Below, piece by piece: positions 1 to 8,800 of a DNA stretch of 56,193 bases. The number at the start of each line of letters is the position of its first letter. Position 1 is the first letter of the stretch. Below the pieces are notes generated by a model. The model was not told the origin of the DNA. It ran no database searches and worked only from the letters and a program-made list of their open reading frames with translations. The stretch comes from a virus (taxonomy: Duplodnaviria > Caudoviricetes), in the IMG/VR virus record IMGVR_UViG_3300033513_000007, positions 1-56,193 of that record, one strand, 5' to 3'. The position numbers and the translations under genes were made by a program.

Positions 1-127
1 ACGCCAGCGCGCTCTTGACTTCCTCGGGCTTGTAGTTGCTGTCGTGGGCAACCTTCAAGAAGTCCTCCACGAAAGGCTTGTCGTTGTCGCCTATGACGAG
101 GCCGTTGGGGAGCGAGAGGTCGTAGCC
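1..127. repeat. 127-bp terminal direct repeat (identical to 56067-56193); circular-assembly overlap
   Basis: First 127 nt match the last 127 nt exactly; the repeat lies inside a reading frame that is continuous across the junction. Confidence 0.95.
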
Positions 128-556
128 TTTGGGGTCTTCGGGGATTCCGTTGTCGGCTCGCCACGCTTTAAGCTCTTCGGGTGTGGCATCAGGCTTGAGG
201 GCAGTCTTGAGCGATCCACTGGCGATTTTGTCTTGCGCGGCGATGAGCGCGTCAATCGCTGCTTCTGGGGAAGCGTAGCGTTCGAGACGTTTGACCCTTT
301 TCTCATCGCCTCGGGCGCTGCGGGTACGCCAATCTTCGGGCCACGCTCCCGGCTTCTCTGCGGGTTCGACTTCGCCTGCCTTGTTTGCCGGCGCTGCTGC
401 CGCTTGTTCATTCGGTTTGTCCTCCGGGGGGGTAGCCGGTTTCGCTTCAACCGGAGCAGGTTTTGCTTCAGCCGCAGCGGGTGCCGCAGCTTGGTCGTTG
501 GTTGTCGCTGGCGTGCCGGCTTCAACAGCCGGGGTGCCGTCAGTTTGTTCAGCCAT
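1..556 (-). CDS. Capsid scaffolding protein, 5' part (continues across the junction to 55621; ~333 aa total)
   Basis: ATG at 556 (MAEQTDGTPAVEAG...WPEDWR...PEDPKGYDLSLP) is in frame with ORF 55621..56136; Ala/Pro-rich N-terminus; lies between portal and capsid genes; missed by the ORF track because of the break. Confidence 0.75.
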   Translation of the reverse strand, partial: MAEQTDGTPAVEAGTPATTNDQAAAPAAAEAKPAPVEAKPATPPEDKPNEQAAAAPANKAGEVEPAEKPGAWPEDWRTRSARGDEKRVKRLERYASPEAAIDALIAAQDKIASGSLKTALKPDATPEELKAWRADNGIPEDPKGYDLSLPNGLVIGDNDKPFVEDFLKVAHDSNYKPEEVKSALA

Positions 557-833
557 TTTGTGATGCCTTTCTAAAGATGCTGGGGTTGAGTTTCAGGAGC
601 TTCACCACTTGCCGGCCTACGTGCCGGCGACCTTCAGCGAACGCCGTTTGGCGATCCCCTTCGGGTTGGTATGTCATGGCATACGTCATGCACGCTTCAT
701 TGACGAGCCATGTCAAAAATCGTTTCTGTTGATCGGGGGTGGCCTCCCCCTTCTCCAACGCTTGCGCCGCCGATACGACGGGCAGCGTGTAGTCGCATGC
801 GAGATAGAAGGGGGGCTTCTTGATTTGACCCAT
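549..833 (-). CDS. Conserved podovirus head-region protein (Bbp19-like)
   Basis: TAFAEGRRHVG motif typical of the small gene between portal and scaffold. Confidence 0.6.
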   Translation of the reverse strand: MGQIKKPPFYLACDYTLPVVSAAQALEKGEATPDQQKRFLTWLVNEACMTYAMTYQPEGDRQTAFAEGRRHVGRQVVKLLKLNPSIFRKASQNG

Positions 834-834
834 G

Positions 835-1170
835 TTATTTTCCTGCTTGTCTGAGTAGGTGGGTCATCATGTAGCAGAAGGGTTCCCCACCCGAAGACAA
901 TGGCGCGATCCCCACTCGCTCGAAGATCATAAAGATCAGATGACTCAATTCATGGGCGAGAATAGGCGTCTTCATTCCTTGTGCCCACAAAAGGTAAATA
1001 ACGGAACCATCCTTACTGTGTTGCCCATACGCGCAGTACCCATCCGTGCCGTCTTCAAGATCGCACTTCTGGTTGAAGAGAGCGGAGTATGCCTTGAGAA
1101 AATCCTTGCGGGATTTCGCCAAGAACGCGCGACCGGGGTAGGGTGTGATCGACAACTCTTTGAGCTTCAT
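835..1170 (-). CDS. Small HExxH-motif protein (zincin-like)
   Basis: ILAHELSHLIF motif plus downstream E (GGEPFCY); overlaps the portal stop codon. Confidence 0.55.
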   Translation of the reverse strand: MKLKELSITPYPGRAFLAKSRKDFLKAYSALFNQKCDLEDGTDGYCAYGQHSKDGSVIYLLWAQGMKTPILAHELSHLIFMIFERVGIAPLSSGGEPFCYMMTHLLRQAGK

Positions 1171-2816
1171 ATCACACCCCCCGCCCCACCTACGCCCACC
1201 GTGGGCGAGGCTTCCTTCAGCGTCTTGGCCACCATCGCCCCTTGCTGCGCCAGCGCCAGTTGATCCGCCAGCGCTTGCTTCTCCTGTTGTTGCTTGAGCA
1301 GTTCAGCCACCGTGCCCTCGTCGCGTATCCAGTCGTTCGGGATAACCGCGCTGAGTACGTCGCGGGTCGCCTTCTGCCCATCCACCAGATACGCGATGGA
1401 CGGATCGAGTTGGACAGCGGTAGCGATGATCTGTTGCGCTTCCATGAACTGCGAAGCCTTGATCTTTTCCACGGCCTCGTGCAGCGGTGACTCGAAGGTG
1501 AAGTCGAATTCTTGCTCCGACAGTTCGGGCGGAATTGACCGGCGCGCTTCGGGCGAGTTGTGAATGATGAGGTCGAACGTGCCTTCGGCCAATTGGCCGT
1601 TGTAGTCCGTCTCCATCGGCTCGAACAGCGGCAGCGCGTTGCGGATGAATTCCTGAATGCGCTGGCCCACTTCGTAGGCCGTCATATCGCGCCCAGCCAC
1701 GGGCGGCAGATTGAGCTTCGACAGGTAGAAGGCGTCGGCCATCTGCGCGCGCAAATCCTGCATGGTTTCCAAGCCGAGTTGGATACCCGCCTTATCCACC
1801 ATCTGCACCGCGCGCAGTACCTCGCCCAGCCGCTCGTCATACTCGGCGTCGGCGTAGGTAATGCCGCCCGCAAACAGGCTGATGTCGCCCCTGATCGCTT
1901 CCTGCACCGCGATCATCGGGGGCGTGACGGCTTTCTCGCCGGCTTCCAGCAGGATCGTTGTGATTTCTTGCAACAGGCGCGCGTCGGGCAGCGCCGCGAT
2001 GACGGCGGGGCTGTGGGCATACTGCGAGCCGCTGACGGTACTCCATCGCGGGACCGCATACCCGAGCGACCATTGGCCTGTCGCTTCCATGATCGTCTTG
2101 TGCTGGATGTCGATGTAGCACGAGACGAAAGGCTGACGCAGTTTCGTGCCGCCCATCGAAATGAACTGCTCCACCGGCATGACACAGTGATAGACCTCGA
2201 CCTCCTCGTAGAACTTGTCATTCGCATACTTGTCCTTGAGGTCTTGGTGGATGGTCTTCGGCCACAGTTGCATGAGCGTGTCGATGGTCGGCTTCCACTT
2301 GCGGTACAGGGTATCGACCTTGCCCGTGTAGTCTTCCATCCATGCGCAGTCGCGCAAGTGCCAGCAGCGGTACAACACGCCATTGAACTCGCGGTTCATT
2401 TCGTAGCTGATGACGCACTGCCCAAACGATGCGAAGTCGTGGTCGCCTTCCTTGGTCGCGCGCACGAAGCCCGAGCGGGTATCATACATCGCATTCCGAA
2501 TGAATTTGCTCATCCACTCGAACCACTGCTTTGCCCTCGTGCTTTCCTTCTCAGGCCGGCGCGACCGCATCTTCAACCATTCCTTCGCAGTCGGTCGCGT
2601 CATGGACGTGATGGCGTTGCCCAAGTCGCGCCGCACCATGATTGGGTAGCTGGTCGTGAGGTTGCGCGCCATGTCTGCGCCAAGATTGTGGCAGGTTGTG
2701 AAGTCCGCGCGCTCGGGATAGAAGTTGTCCGCAACCTCTTGCCAGTACGACAGCAACGAGCCTCGTTTCTCGAATAGCTCGTCGCCCTGCTTGATGATGC
2801 GTTCAACATATTCCAT
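1167..2816 (-). CDS. Portal (head-tail connector) protein
   Basis: 549 aa with T7/BPP-1 connector motifs (VPRW..VSG..Y..SP...ALPD, MTAYEV..R). Confidence 0.92.
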   Translation of the reverse strand: MEYVERIIKQGDELFEKRGSLLSYWQEVADNFYPERADFTTCHNLGADMARNLTTSYPIMVRRDLGNAITSMTRPTAKEWLKMRSRRPEKESTRAKQWFEWMSKFIRNAMYDTRSGFVRATKEGDHDFASFGQCVISYEMNREFNGVLYRCWHLRDCAWMEDYTGKVDTLYRKWKPTIDTLMQLWPKTIHQDLKDKYANDKFYEEVEVYHCVMPVEQFISMGGTKLRQPFVSCYIDIQHKTIMEATGQWSLGYAVPRWSTVSGSQYAHSPAVIAALPDARLLQEITTILLEAGEKAVTPPMIAVQEAIRGDISLFAGGITYADAEYDERLGEVLRAVQMVDKAGIQLGLETMQDLRAQMADAFYLSKLNLPPVAGRDMTAYEVGQRIQEFIRNALPLFEPMETDYNGQLAEGTFDLIIHNSPEARRSIPPELSEQEFDFTFESPLHEAVEKIKASQFMEAQQIIATAVQLDPSIAYLVDGQKATRDVLSAVIPNDWIRDEGTVAELLKQQQEKQALADQLALAQQGAMVAKTLKEASPTVGVGGAGGVI

Positions 2817-2820
2817 GATC

Positions 2821-3099
2821 TTAGCCCAGCGTGTCCGAATCGCCGCTCGTCAGGATCGTGGATTGACGCCCGCCGCGTTGCTGCGCCTTCTGCATGACCG
2901 CCTTTTTCTTGGCAGCAGCAGCCGGCGTCTCGGGGGTCGCCATCGGAGTCGGAGCCGGTGCCGGTGCGGCCGTAGCGGCAGGCGCAGCGGGTGTCGGGGT
3001 CGCAGGGACCGGAGCCGGGGGCGGCGCGACAACGATTTGGGGGGCGGGGGCAGAGCCGCCGCCAAAGATACTGGATATTGCTCTCGCTACACCACCCAT
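2821..3099 (-). CDS. Small Pro/Ala-rich virion assembly protein
   Basis: MGG start, Pro-rich middle and RGGRQSTILT end, typical of the gene just upstream of podovirus portals. Confidence 0.6.
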   Translation of the reverse strand: MGGVARAISSIFGGGSAPAPQIVVAPPPAPVPATPTPAAPAATAAPAPAPTPMATPETPAAAAKKKAVMQKAQQRGGRQSTILTSGDSDTLG

Positions 3100-3101
3100 G
3101 A

Positions 3102-4718
3102 TTACTTCCTCCTAAGTTGAGCCATTTGGGCAGACCGCCCAAGTAGGACCGCAGGTTTGCGTTGCACGTTACTTGCTTTGAACCCACCTTGCAAATTCTC
3201 TTGCTTAATTCCCCTCGTGTATGCCATGACCACGGCATCCCCTTCGTCTGTGCTGCGGCCTAGTCGCTTGCAGACATCTTCCTTGCTTTCTACCTCGATC
3301 ATCTTGCTGTCGGGTTTATAGGTTGAAGCGCAAAGATCGGAAAGTAATGTTGCACTGGGGGGCAACATAATCGTACTCCCCCCCGGTTGGCCGGGGTCGA
3401 GTGCTTCCCTGAACTTCCAGATCGCTTGCGTGCGCGCATTCTTGAACCGCAGCCGCCCGCTCATGTCCTTGCCCATCCCCGCAGCCGCGCCCTTGTAGCC
3501 TCGCGGGTTGATGCTGTTGTCGGACAGTTGCTCGTACATGCTGGAACCGTACCCGCCGCCAAGATCAACGATGACCTCCGCACCGTCGCGCCTGTGCATC
3601 ATCACAATGCCGGCGCAGTAGCGGCCCGCCGTCTCCATCGGGATCGTCTTCGCTTCCACGCGGATGATGGGGGCGTACCAGCCGCCATGCCTACAGGCGA
3701 TGATCATCGGGTCATTGCCGCCCCCTGACGCATCGACGCCCATCGCGCACATAGGGATGCCGTCAGGCGGGTTCTTCGTCCATCGTTCCTGCGCCGCGCG
3801 CACCCAAGCGGTCGGGATCGTCTGATATGCCCGGTCCCGCAGCCCAAGATCAAACCGGCCATTACGATACGCCTCGCGCAACTCTTCAGGCAGCGCTGCG
3901 AGCGCGGCTGCATAGTTGGTTGCTGCAAGGTCGGGGTTGTCGGCCAACTCCGCAGGGATGAACGTGCGCGACAGCGCAACGATATACTCGCCGCCAATCA
4001 GATGCGGGCCGGGTCCATCGACTTCAATCTCTTTGCCATTCTCGCCGGTCGTGTAGTAGCGCAACTCCCCGGGCTTGGCCGGGTTCGGATGCGTCGGGTC
4101 CAGCCACGCGGCCCAGCGCTTTAGCACCCATAGCCCTTCGGGTCGTGTCGGCGGGTTGCCTGCGGCCACCACGCGGCAACGCTGGCCCGGTCGTGTCGAT
4201 CTGTTCCAGCCTATGATGAACGTGTATTGCGTCTCGGTGAAGTCGGACACTTCATCGAAGCAGATCAGATCGTGCGGGGAGCCTTTGAACTTCTGCTTGT
4301 CTTCCTCAAGCTGGCACCCGCTCATTTCGATGTTGTGACCGGGCAAGCGCCAGATGCCCTGCTGCCCACTCCATCCATCGCGGTTGCCGACTATCTCGGC
4401 TGTGCGTTCGATCAGGCCCAGCGCTTCCTTGTTGGTGCGCCGCAAGATCAGCGATCGCTCATGCTCAGTGAGTGCAAGCCCTATCTCTAGGTCCGTCTTC
4501 CCACCCCCCGCCTGCCCGCCGTAGAAAATCTCATCCGCGAGGCTGAGGAACGCGGTTGTCTGCGGGCCGGGGTTGGGGAGCCATAGACGCTTGCCGATGA
4601 CTTTGTGCGCCTTGGCCCGCAGCGCCTCTATCTCATCGGGCGACATGCCGCCCAATGCCGCGAGCATTTCGGGTATGCGGGCTTGCTCAATCGCCGGCAT
4701 GGTAGGGCTGCGCGACAT
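3102..4718 (-). CDS. terL: Terminase large subunit
   Basis: Walker A YGGQAGGGKT, Walker B ICFDE, GNPP coupling motif, RNase H-like nuclease (MGVDASGGGND...STDEGDA). Confidence 0.95.
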   Translation of the reverse strand: MSRSPTMPAIEQARIPEMLAALGGMSPDEIEALRAKAHKVIGKRLWLPNPGPQTTAFLSLADEIFYGGQAGGGKTDLEIGLALTEHERSLILRRTNKEALGLIERTAEIVGNRDGWSGQQGIWRLPGHNIEMSGCQLEEDKQKFKGSPHDLICFDEVSDFTETQYTFIIGWNRSTRPGQRCRVVAAGNPPTRPEGLWVLKRWAAWLDPTHPNPAKPGELRYYTTGENGKEIEVDGPGPHLIGGEYIVALSRTFIPAELADNPDLAATNYAAALAALPEELREAYRNGRFDLGLRDRAYQTIPTAWVRAAQERWTKNPPDGIPMCAMGVDASGGGNDPMIIACRHGGWYAPIIRVEAKTIPMETAGRYCAGIVMMHRRDGAEVIVDLGGGYGSSMYEQLSDNSINPRGYKGAAAGMGKDMSGRLRFKNARTQAIWKFREALDPGQPGGSTIMLPPSATLLSDLCASTYKPDSKMIEVESKEDVCKRLGRSTDEGDAVVMAYTRGIKQENLQGGFKASNVQRKPAVLLGRSAQMAQLRRK

Positions 4719-4980
4719 GGCCGCGCTCGCAGTCGAGTTGATAGGCGAGGATGCGAATCAACGTCTGATACCACTCGGGATCATTGCGCCCCTTCTGTTC
4801 CTTGATGTCGTAGCGGATGCGATCCGTATCGATCATCGCGCATCCTTGCTTGACTGGGGGCGCAATGCGTGGCTGGGGATCAGGCTGCGCACCGTAGGCG
4901 ATCTGCCCGACGATGCACACGATGAACCAGAAGGCAACCACAGCCGCGCCGATGTACTTCGCTTTCCACGACATTGACAT
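4687..4980 (-). CDS. Hypothetical membrane-anchored or exported protein
   Basis: N-terminal hydrophobic segment; overlaps the terL start. Confidence 0.5.
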   Translation of the reverse strand: MSMSWKAKYIGAAVVAFWFIVCIVGQIAYGAQPDPQPRIAPPVKQGCAMIDTDRIRYDIKEQKGRNDPEWYQTLIRILAYQLDCERGHVAQPYHAGD

Positions 4981-4990
4981 GATGAGCAGA

Positions 4991-5009
4991 CGCCCCCTTG
5001 ACGGGGGCG
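4991..5009 (-). terminator. GC hairpin, possible terminator after gene 5030-5842
   Basis: CGCCCCC-TTGAC-GGGGGCG; weak U-tract. Confidence 0.4.
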
Positions 5010-5029
5010 CCTTGGGTTAGATACCGGGC

Positions 5030-5842
5030 TTAGAAGGCATCGCCATCTGCGCCACGGTTCGCACTGACGGCCACGTAGTCGATGTCGAGATTGACCGCAG
5101 CCGTGCCGTCCGTGTTGGAGACGAGGACCACAGGCGTCAGGTCGGTCGCGGCAGTGACAGCGGCAGTCATCGCCGTGCCGACTTGCTTGCCATCCTTGAA
5201 GAACGAGGCAACACCGGCAGCCGAGACTTCGACACGCAGGGTCGTGTAGGCATCCGCCACGGGGGCGGCAGTGATGACTTGCGTGGTTGCGTCCGTGTCG
5301 GCCGCCACGCCGACGAGGAAAAACGTGTCAGTCGCCGCGCCGGTATCGAACATGAACCCGACAGCATCGGATGCGTTGGTCGTGATACCGTCCGCCGTCT
5401 GGCTGGCAATGACCGGAGCTTCGATGGTCACCAGATCGGTGAAGCCGACGAATAAATAGGCCGTGGTGATGCGCGACACCTTGATGCGGGCTTGCATGGC
5501 GAGTCCGCCGTTGCTGGCTTGCCACGCAAGGGCAGAAGTGATGCCGGCCGCGTCAGGCAGTACGACAGCGTTGCCATCGTCGTTACCGGACACGATGCGC
5601 AGCACGCCGCCGATGCCGCCCGCGAGGATGGTTTCGGTGGCATCGACATCGGTTTCGACAGCGTTCCATTGGCCGCTCAAGGTCGGGCCGAAGAAATCGT
5701 CGAAGAGGGCGACGGTGGAGGGGCTGGAATAGTCGATCTGCGAACCATTGTCGCCGGCCCGAAACCCCTTCTTGGCGAGCAGCTTGCCGCTGTGGTCGGT
5801 GCCCACAAAGCGGCTGTCGAGAGACTGAAGAATGCGAGACAT
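5030..5842 (-). CDS. Putative structural or capsid-decoration protein (beta-sandwich, lectin-like)
   Basis: Start MSRILQ with AAAGGAAA RBS; Ala/Thr/Val/Gly-rich beta composition; DDF...DIDYV pattern; followed by a hairpin. Confidence 0.5.
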   Translation of the reverse strand: MSRILQSLDSRFVGTDHSGKLLAKKGFRAGDNGSQIDYSSPSTVALFDDFFGPTLSGQWNAVETDVDATETILAGGIGGVLRIVSGNDDGNAVVLPDAAGITSALAWQASNGGLAMQARIKVSRITTAYLFVGFTDLVTIEAPVIASQTADGITTNASDAVGFMFDTGAATDTFFLVGVAADTDATTQVITAAPVADAYTTLRVEVSAAGVASFFKDGKQVGTAMTAAVTAATDLTPVVLVSNTDGTAAVNLDIDYVAVSANRGADGDAF

Positions 5843-5910
5843 GGTATTTCCTTTCGTTGTGTGCCCGAAGGCGTTATATGCCAATTGCTTGGCGTTATGT
5901 GAATGAACGA

Positions 5911-6531
5911 CTACGCAAGCTCACTGCCGTCGCTCGGGGCAGGTTCATCTACAAAAATGAAGGGTTGCGGCTCATCCTCGCCGGCTATGGCCGGCACATC
6001 CGGCGCAGGTTGCTGGCTTTGGCCGGCATGCTGCAAGCCAAGAGCCAAGGCGAAGGCCAACTCACGAGCGACGACGGTAGGCGATTCCTCAACCTTGAAC
6101 GTCTCGCCTTCCGCGTTGGCAAGCTCTAGCCGTTGCTTTGCAGCGTACTTCTTGCTGTTGGCTTCGAGCAGCTTGCCTAGCAGGCTATCGCTGTATTCCT
6201 TGATCTTGCCCACCTTGACGCCGCCTTGATATACAGGCTTGTGGGTGCCCTCAACGGCACGGGCGAAGGCGGCGGCCTCAAGTACGTCCGCAAATTGAGC
6301 CAAGGCCAGTTCCCAGCGCGCCCTGAGGCCGGGATTCCTCTTGCGCTGGCTCATCAGCCACGCGTAGTTGAGTTGCGCCAGCTTCGACGCCTTGGTCGCG
6401 TTGCCATAGTGGGACAGATCGTCGAAGAAGATGTTGAGACGATCCTCTATCTGGCGAAGGTGTTCGGGCAACGCAGTCGGCAGGGTGTAGTCGATCTTTT
6501 CCATAGCGAGGCCATTGGGCCATAGTCGCAA
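5911..6531 (-). CDS. terS: Terminase small subunit
   Basis: HTH-like N-terminus, then LEAAAFARAVEG..KPVYQGG...KEYSDSLLGKLL motif of phage TerS; upstream of terL. Confidence 0.75.
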   Translation of the reverse strand: MRLWPNGLAMEKIDYTLPTALPEHLRQIEDRLNIFFDDLSHYGNATKASKLAQLNYAWLMSQRKRNPGLRARWELALAQFADVLEAAAFARAVEGTHKPVYQGGVKVGKIKEYSDSLLGKLLEANSKKYAAKQRLELANAEGETFKVEESPTVVARELAFALALGLQHAGQSQQPAPDVPAIAGEDEPQPFIFVDEPAPSDGSELA

Positions 6532-6648
6532 TTGGTGCGCAACCTTTGAAGGGGAGCAACCCCGGTTTGGCGCGGCGCTCCGTTTTCGGCCTGATTGTGT
6601 TCGTGCAAGAAATTACAAAGGTTCTTCTACGCTCATACATTCCCCTCC

Positions 6649-6895
6649 CCCGGTTACCCCGTTTCTCCTATAGAGAGGGAGAAACGGGGTTATGAACCGG
6701 GATGGTAGGGCGCGCTACTCCTGGGATCAACCGGGATCAACCGGGATCAACCGGGCCAAAAAAGCGCTTAATGGAATCAATAACTTAGAAACCCTACCCC
6801 GGTTATGTCTATCATCTGTCATCAACCGGGATCAACCGGGCCGTTTCTCACCCGTCATATTTTGACCCTTACCCCGGTTGATACCCTCAACCGGG
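6649..6895. repeat. Iteron-like array (ATCAACCGGG, direct and inverted) with a 13-bp hairpin
   Basis: ATCAACCGGG x3 at 6726-6755 and x2 at 6821-6840; inverted copy 6873-6882; partial copies at 6649, 6695, 6798 and 6887; hairpin 6656-6690. Confidence 0.85.
6775..6787 (+). promoter_or_regulatory. IHF consensus site
   Basis: AATCAATAACTTA matches WATCAANNNNTTR. Confidence 0.55.
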
Positions 6896-6922
6896 ATTAA
6901 GCATTCTCTAATATACCACCTA

Positions 6923-6935
6923 TAACATATTGATT
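6923..6935 (-). promoter_or_regulatory. IHF consensus site (inverted)
   Basis: Reverse complement AATCAATATGTTA matches WATCAANNNNTTR. Confidence 0.55.
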
Positions 6936-7186
6936 CTGCTCACTTTGCAAAGAATTACACACTTTCACTTGTCATTTGTTGCCTATTATTTAAGCTCCAT
7001 TGTCATATCTGTAATTTATTACAAAACGCCCTGAGTCCATAGATTTGTAAAACTTTACAATAGAAAACTTCGATTGGAACTATCGCTGGATAGTCTAGTC
7101 TGACGTATTGAACAGGCCCGAGGAAGGCGAAAGCGCCAAGGGCCAAGAATTAGGAAGCACCGATCAACCAATAGTAGGAGAGCAAC

Positions 7187-7411
7187 ATGAGATTCCAACC
7201 AGCATTCGATATATGGGCGGTTCCGGTTGATCTGCTGAAGCATGCCCAGCCGGGGCAGCACATATATGCAGGGGAACGCAGCCATCGCGGGCGCTTCCTC
7301 GGTGTGAAGCAAAGCGGCGTGGTCGTGGTTGCGTGGCGTCAGAATGCACGCAGCAGCGGCAACGCTACCGAATACCATCGCACCCTGCGCAACTACGCGC
7401 TGGGGCACTAG
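7187..7411 (+). CDS. Early hypothetical protein
   Basis: AGGAG RBS; first gene of the plus-strand cluster. Confidence 0.75.
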   Translation: MRFQPAFDIWAVPVDLLKHAQPGQHIYAGERSHRGRFLGVKQSGVVVVAWRQNARSSGNATEYHRTLRNYALGH

Positions 7412-7420
7412 GAGACTGAC

Positions 7421-7603
7421 ATGAGAGACTTACCCATTCTGAGCGCCAAGTATTCCCTCTACTCGCTGCGCTTTGTTGAAGGCCGCGACACTATCACGTA
7501 TGTCGATTTGGCAAAAGCCGAATACGAAGCCCGCATCGCCGAAGCGAGGGCGCGAGGCGTCGAGGACTTCGAGATTCGTTTGACCTACACGCCGAAGGAT
7601 TGA
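7421..7603 (+). CDS. Early hypothetical protein
   Basis: AGGAG RBS; tandem packing. Confidence 0.7.
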   Translation: MRDLPILSAKYSLYSLRFVEGRDTITYVDLAKAEYEARIAEARARGVEDFEIRLTYTPKD

Positions 7604-7606
7604 GCC

Positions 7607-7900
7607 ATGAAAAAGCACTACCACATCGAAGGCCGGCAGGTTGCACGGCGCAGAGGTGGCATGTATTGCACCGTCCGCATCTTCCACAACGGCGGGCTAC
7701 TCGTTACGTTGCCCATGATCTACGGCTGCGGCAGCTACATCGTGCAGCGTGCCGGCGAATGGCTAGCCGAACATGGGCACCCGGCGCTGAAGGAACGCTA
7801 TGAGAATGGCTTCCTGAAGCATCACTACTTCATCTATCTGCGCGAGACGCTGCTATGCAGCGTGAGCATCATCACTGTTGCGCGAGAGCGCGATCTTTAG
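7607..7900 (+). CDS. Early hypothetical protein
   Basis: Tandem packing; GGA RBS. Confidence 0.7.
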   Translation: MKKHYHIEGRQVARRRGGMYCTVRIFHNGGLLVTLPMIYGCGSYIVQRAGEWLAEHGHPALKERYENGFLKHHYFIYLRETLLCSVSIITVARERDL

Positions 7901-7909
7901 GAGTAGATC

Positions 7910-8152
7910 ATGACACCAGAATTGAAAGCCTTTGCGAAGACCATCGAGCGCCTGATTACCGAAGCCGGTGTAAAGCTGCCCTCTAACAAAGCCCGTCAGC
8001 TTGAGCAATGCCTTATACTCGGGTACTTGCACGGCGCCAAGGATGCCGGCAAGGAACAACCGTACCTCACTATCCTTGCTTCGTGTGGTCGCCGTCTGAC
8101 CGATGAGGCAAGGCGCGCGGAGAGAGAAGAGGCACAAAAGGAAGCGCAATGA
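7910..8152 (+). CDS. Early hypothetical protein
   Basis: AGGAG RBS. Confidence 0.7.
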   Translation: MTPELKAFAKTIERLITEAGVKLPSNKARQLEQCLILGYLHGAKDAGKEQPYLTILASCGRRLTDEARRAEREEAQKEAQ

Positions 8153-8382
8153 CCACCCGGCTAACCAAGCCAGTCTCTCGCGTCTCGGGTGAAGTGATTC
8201 GAGACGCGGGCAAGTTCCGGCAACTCGTGGTGACGATCTACCCGAACGGGTTGATAGGCTTGCGCCCGCAGGGCACGAGGCGCGAGGAAACGCTGTCTAT
8301 CCCTTGGGTGTATCTGCGGGCCGTAGAGGCTCGCGTGCTGCGCGAGAAGGAAGCCAAGCGCAAGGCGAAGGGCAAGCGGTAA
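8149..8382 (+). CDS. Early basic hypothetical protein
   Basis: ATGA overlap with the previous gene. Confidence 0.7.
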   Translation: MTTRLTKPVSRVSGEVIRDAGKFRQLVVTIYPNGLIGLRPQGTRREETLSIPWVYLRAVEARVLREKEAKRKAKGKR

Positions 8383-8534
8383 TGATCGAGCTATGCCTAG
8401 TCAGTGACCTGACCAATCGACTGTATGGCCGGCTCTATCTCGAATTAATTTTGTGGCTGTGGGCGAACTCTCTGCCCATGAGCCGGTCAAACGTGAAACA
8501 GTGGTTCCGATTAACAGCTATCAGAGGATTATGA
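8382..8534 (+). CDS. Small early hypothetical protein
   Basis: TAATG coupling; fills the gap between neighbours. Confidence 0.5.
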   Translation: MIELCLVSDLTNRLYGRLYLELILWLWANSLPMSRSNVKQWFRLTAIRGL

Positions 8535-8791
8535 CCATGACCAAGACCGAACAGCAAGTGCTGCGCAACATCATCGCGCGGCTCAATAGGCCCAACTGCG
8601 GGTGTTATAACTCCGACAGCGTAGCGGGCACCGTAGCCATAGCCAATGACCATGGCGTTGAGTGCGTGGCCCGTATCTACCTCGATACGTGGATCATCCC
8701 GGCGCTGGAATACCTGCTCCCCGGCAACGACCCCGGCAACCCCCTCAACAAGGTGCGTGACCCTGATCTAGCCCGTCGCCTTTCACGGTAG
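8531..8791 (+). CDS. Early hypothetical protein
   Basis: GAGGA RBS before ATG 8531. Confidence 0.65.
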   Translation: MTMTKTEQQVLRNIIARLNRPNCGCYNSDSVAGTVAIANDHGVECVARIYLDTWIIPALEYLLPGNDPGNPLNKVRDPDLARRLSR

Positions 8792-8800
8792 GAGAATGAC

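Noticed and set aside
1-127. Biological terminal repeat of the virion DNA
   Set aside because: Length of 127 equals a common assembler k-mer and the repeat cuts the scaffold gene mid-frame; most likely a circularisation overlap
1560-2777. Long antisense ORFs (also 45100-46047, 47058-48389, 53522-54619 and others)
   Set aside because: Shadow frames of well-supported genes in GC-rich DNA, with no RBS or motifs
6726-6895. CRISPR mini-array
   Set aside because: Repeats are 10 bp, mostly abutting, with no regular unique spacers
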